A stretch of 57,530 bases of DNA from Akkermansia sp. GTDB taxonomy: Bacteria > Verrucomicrobiota > Verrucomicrobiia > Verrucomicrobiales > Akkermansiaceae. Both the position numbers and the translations under genes were made by a program. Location: contig JAFOZZ010000199.1 of the NCBI GenBank assembly GCA_017390945.1, positions 1 through 57,530 of the forward strand, written 5' to 3'. Below, piece after piece: positions 55,161-57,530 of this stretch. The stretch's first letter is position 1. Each line of letters opens with the position of its first letter. The notes under the pieces are model-generated. The model saw nothing but the letters and a program-made list of their open reading frames with translations. It was not told the origin of the DNA and did not search any database.

Positions 55161-55766
55161 TTATTTTGCAAACTCGGCTTGCAGGTATTGAATCACCGCC
55201 TGTATTTCTTCCTCGGTGGTGAGGCCGGGGGGGAGCATGGTGGCGTTCCAGGGGGTGCCGTTGACGGTGATGGGGCCGCTGAGGCCGCGGGTGAGGATTT
55301 CCGGCAGGCGGGAGGGGGGGGCGGTGAGCCATTCGGAGCCGCGCAGGGGAGGGTAGGTGCCGGGCTGGCCTTCGCCTTGGGTGCCGTGGCAGGCGGCGCA
55401 TTTGGCGCGGTAGAGGGAGGCGCCAAGGGAGCTTTTGCGGGTTTCTGCCAGGTGCGGCAGGTGTTTGGAGGTGAGCCAGTCGGTGAGTTCTTCGACTGCG
55501 CCGTGGCTGAGGTGGGGGTGGACTTGCAGGAGCTCACGGCGCAGGATGGGTGAGAGCGGGGTGCCGGGCTGCCAGCGGCGCAGGGCGGGGATGTCGTGAG
55601 CGGCGCTGCTGTGGCAGAGTACACAGCCACGCTGGCGTGCTGCGCGTTCGCTCGGGGTGACTGCCCCTTCCACCCATACCCAAAGGAACAGGGCAGCGCT
55701 GAGCGTGAGGAATAAAAAGGCGCAGAGTGAGCCTTTGAGCACGCGGCTACAGGTCACTCTGCGCAT
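55161..55766 (-). CDS. Membrane-anchored di-heme c-type cytochrome
   Basis: N-terminal TM, CxxCH twice (CVLCH, CAACH), GEG..G.YPPL.GS and distal Met (ATMLP). Confidence 0.8.
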   Translation of the reverse strand: MRRVTCSRVLKGSLCAFLFLTLSAALFLWVWVEGAVTPSERAARQRGCVLCHSSAAHDIPALRRWQPGTPLSPILRRELLQVHPHLSHGAVEELTDWLTSKHLPHLAETRKSSLGASLYRAKCAACHGTQGEGQPGTYPPLRGSEWLTAPPSRLPEILTRGLSGPITVNGTPWNATMLPPGLTTEEEIQAVIQYLQAEFAK

Positions 55767-55784
55767 GAAAGGGGGGAGGCTGTA

Positions 55785-57083
55785 TCAGTCTTCACCTAAG
55801 CCGCTATCTTCATCGAGTACGCGCTTCACGCGGGCGCCAAGGATTTCGAGCTTGTCGTCCAGCATTTCGTAGCCGCGGTCGATGTGGTAGAGACGGTGAA
55901 TATCCGTCGTGCCCTCGGCCGCCAGAGCGGCGAGCACAAGTGCGGCACTGGCGCGCAGGTCGCTGGCCATGACTGGTGCGCCGGACAGGCCGTCCACGCC
56001 GGTGATGATGGCGGTGCCGTTGTCTACCTTGATGTTGGCCCCCATGCGCTTCAGCTCGGAGCAGTGCATGAAGCGCTGCGGGAAGATGGTGTCTTTCACT
56101 ACGCTGATGCCGGGGGTGAGGGCGAAGAGCGCCGTCATCTGTGCCTGCATGTCGGTGGGGTAACCCGGGTAGGGGTTGGTGAGAATCTTGCCGCTGCACG
56201 GACGCTCACCGGGCTTCACGAAGACGGATGTACCCTCCTCGTTGTACTGTACCACGTGGCCGCACTCTACCAGCAGGTCGGAGATGGACTTCATGTGCTC
56301 GCGGCATACGCGGTTGAGGGTGATGCCATCGCTCACGTTCATGACACCTGCCACCATGAAGGTGCCGGCCTCGATGCGGTCGGGAATGACGGTGTGCTCG
56401 CAGCCGTGGAGCTTTTCTACGCCGTGAATGGTGATAGTGCGGGAGCCGGCGCCTTCGATGCGGGCACCCATTTTGTTGAGGAAGTTGGCCAGGTCTACCA
56501 CCTCGGGCTCACGGGCGGCGGACTCAATGATTGTGGTGCCCTTAGCGAGTACGGCAGCCATCATCAGGTTGTCGGTGCCCAGCACGGTCGGGCCGCTGTC
56601 GCCACGCATATCGACGGTGGTGCCTACGAGGCCGTTCGGTGCCTCAATCACCATGTTACCGCCCTTCACGCGTACGCGGGCACCCAGTGCCTGGATGGCG
56701 CGCAGGTGCAGGTCCACCGGGCGGTCGCCAATCACGCAGCCGCCGGGCAGGGGCAGGGTGCAGCGGTGCATGCGGGCCATCATGGGCCCCAGCAGGCAGA
56801 TGGAGGCACGCATCTTACGCACCTGCTCATAGGAGGCGCTGGAGCTGATGCCATCCGGAGATTCAATGCGAACGGTGCCGCTGGAGCGCTCCACGGAGGC
56901 GCCCAACTGGCTGAGAATCTGAATCATGTAGTTGGTGTCCGATACGTCGGGTACGCGGGAAATACGTACCGGCTCATCGGTGAGCAGGGCTGCCGCCAGG
57001 ATGGGCAGGGATGCATTCTTGGAGCCGCTGATGTTGACGGTACCACTGAGTCTGTGACCACCTTCGACGATGAGTTTGTCCAT
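55785..57083 (-). CDS. murA: UDP-N-acetylglucosamine 1-carboxyvinyltransferase
   Basis: [60 protein letters not shown]. Confidence 0.98.
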   Translation of the reverse strand: MDKLIVEGGHRLSGTVNISGSKNASLPILAAALLTDEPVRISRVPDVSDTNYMIQILSQLGASVERSSGTVRIESPDGISSSASYEQVRKMRASICLLGPMMARMHRCTLPLPGGCVIGDRPVDLHLRAIQALGARVRVKGGNMVIEAPNGLVGTTVDMRGDSGPTVLGTDNLMMAAVLAKGTTIIESAAREPEVVDLANFLNKMGARIEGAGSRTITIHGVEKLHGCEHTVIPDRIEAGTFMVAGVMNVSDGITLNRVCREHMKSISDLLVECGHVVQYNEEGTSVFVKPGERPCSGKILTNPYPGYPTDMQAQMTALFALTPGISVVKDTIFPQRFMHCSELKRMGANIKVDNGTAIITGVDGLSGAPVMASDLRASAALVLAALAAEGTTDIHRLYHIDRGYEMLDDKLEILGARVKRVLDEDSGLGED

Positions 57084-57386
57084 GGTTGTGTAAGTATGAG
57101 ATGTTATGTTACATGCATTCTACCATATCGCGCCCATATTGCAAGTATTATGTGCCAGATATTGGTGGCTACCGGTAAATTTGTGCCAAATGGAATCCTT
57201 CGAGCCGCGCCAGCGGCTCATCCACGGCTCCTGTACAGGAGCCGTTTTTCACCGTGAGGCGAAGCCGAACTTCTCTTCGCGGGCAGTGGTAACGCTCGGC
57301 TGGCAAAGCCCGCGGAATATTCGTCAGCCGAGGCTACCACAAAAAGAAGCCCGCCCATCGGCATGCTGCCATGGGCGGGTCGCGCG

Positions 57387-57530
57387 ATGCGAGGCTTGGT
57401 TACCCCACTTGAAACTATCAACCAAAGAATTGCCCATTTGCGAAAAAACCGTGGCTACACCCAAAAGGAACTCGCCTCTTTGCTTGACATCAATTATAAC
57501 ACCTATTCGCAGCTTGAAAGAAAAGGTGAC
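57387..57530 (+). CDS. XRE-family helix-turn-helix protein, truncated by the window edge
   Basis: Manual translation from ATG 57387: MRGLVTPLETINQRIAHLRKNRGYTQKELASLLDINYNTYSQLERKGD; absent from the ORF track; start uncertain. Confidence 0.7.
   Translation, partial: MRGLVTPLETINQRIAHLRKNRGYTQKELASLLDINYNTYSQLERKGD

Noticed and set aside
55093-55401. N-terminal extension of the glycosyltransferase ORF (522 aa in the ORF track)
   Set aside because: It is an Arg/Pro-rich alternative frame of the cytochrome c gene; GT4 similarity and the AT-rich composition begin near the ATG at 55092

Overview
A GC-rich bacterial chromosomal segment, probably from an Akkermansia-like Verrucomicrobium. That assignment is an inference from gene content and protein style, not a database result. 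Housekeeping genes present: a class A PBP, an Aas-like acyl-ACP synthetase, guaA, lpdA, grpE-dnaJ-rsmE, 2-oxoacid dehydrogenase E1a/E1b/E2 with lpxI, mreB, rne/rng and murA. They are interspersed with many paralogue pairs: 4-TM membrane proteins, small lipoproteins, two ~2000-aa alpha-2-macroglobulins, two secreted M3 peptidases and two lipoprotein alpha/beta hydrolases. The most striking unexplained structure is three AAA_14/DUF4143-type ATPase-nuclease loci. Each has its own long palindrome, unrelated to the others. In the two intact genes the palindrome is repeated on both sides of the ORF and abuts or overlaps the promoter; the third gene is an internally deleted remnant. Other notable items: a 508-bp homogenised 3' tract shared by otherwise divergent macroglobulins, only one of which keeps the thioester; a lower-GC two-gene islet encoding a signal-peptide-bearing PD-(D/E)xK nuclease-like protein; a ~210-bp MITE in two copies; two structured RNA candidates flanking mreB; and repeated leaderless promoter architecture. 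No rRNA, tRNA, CRISPR array, transposase, integrase or reverse transcriptase was recognised.
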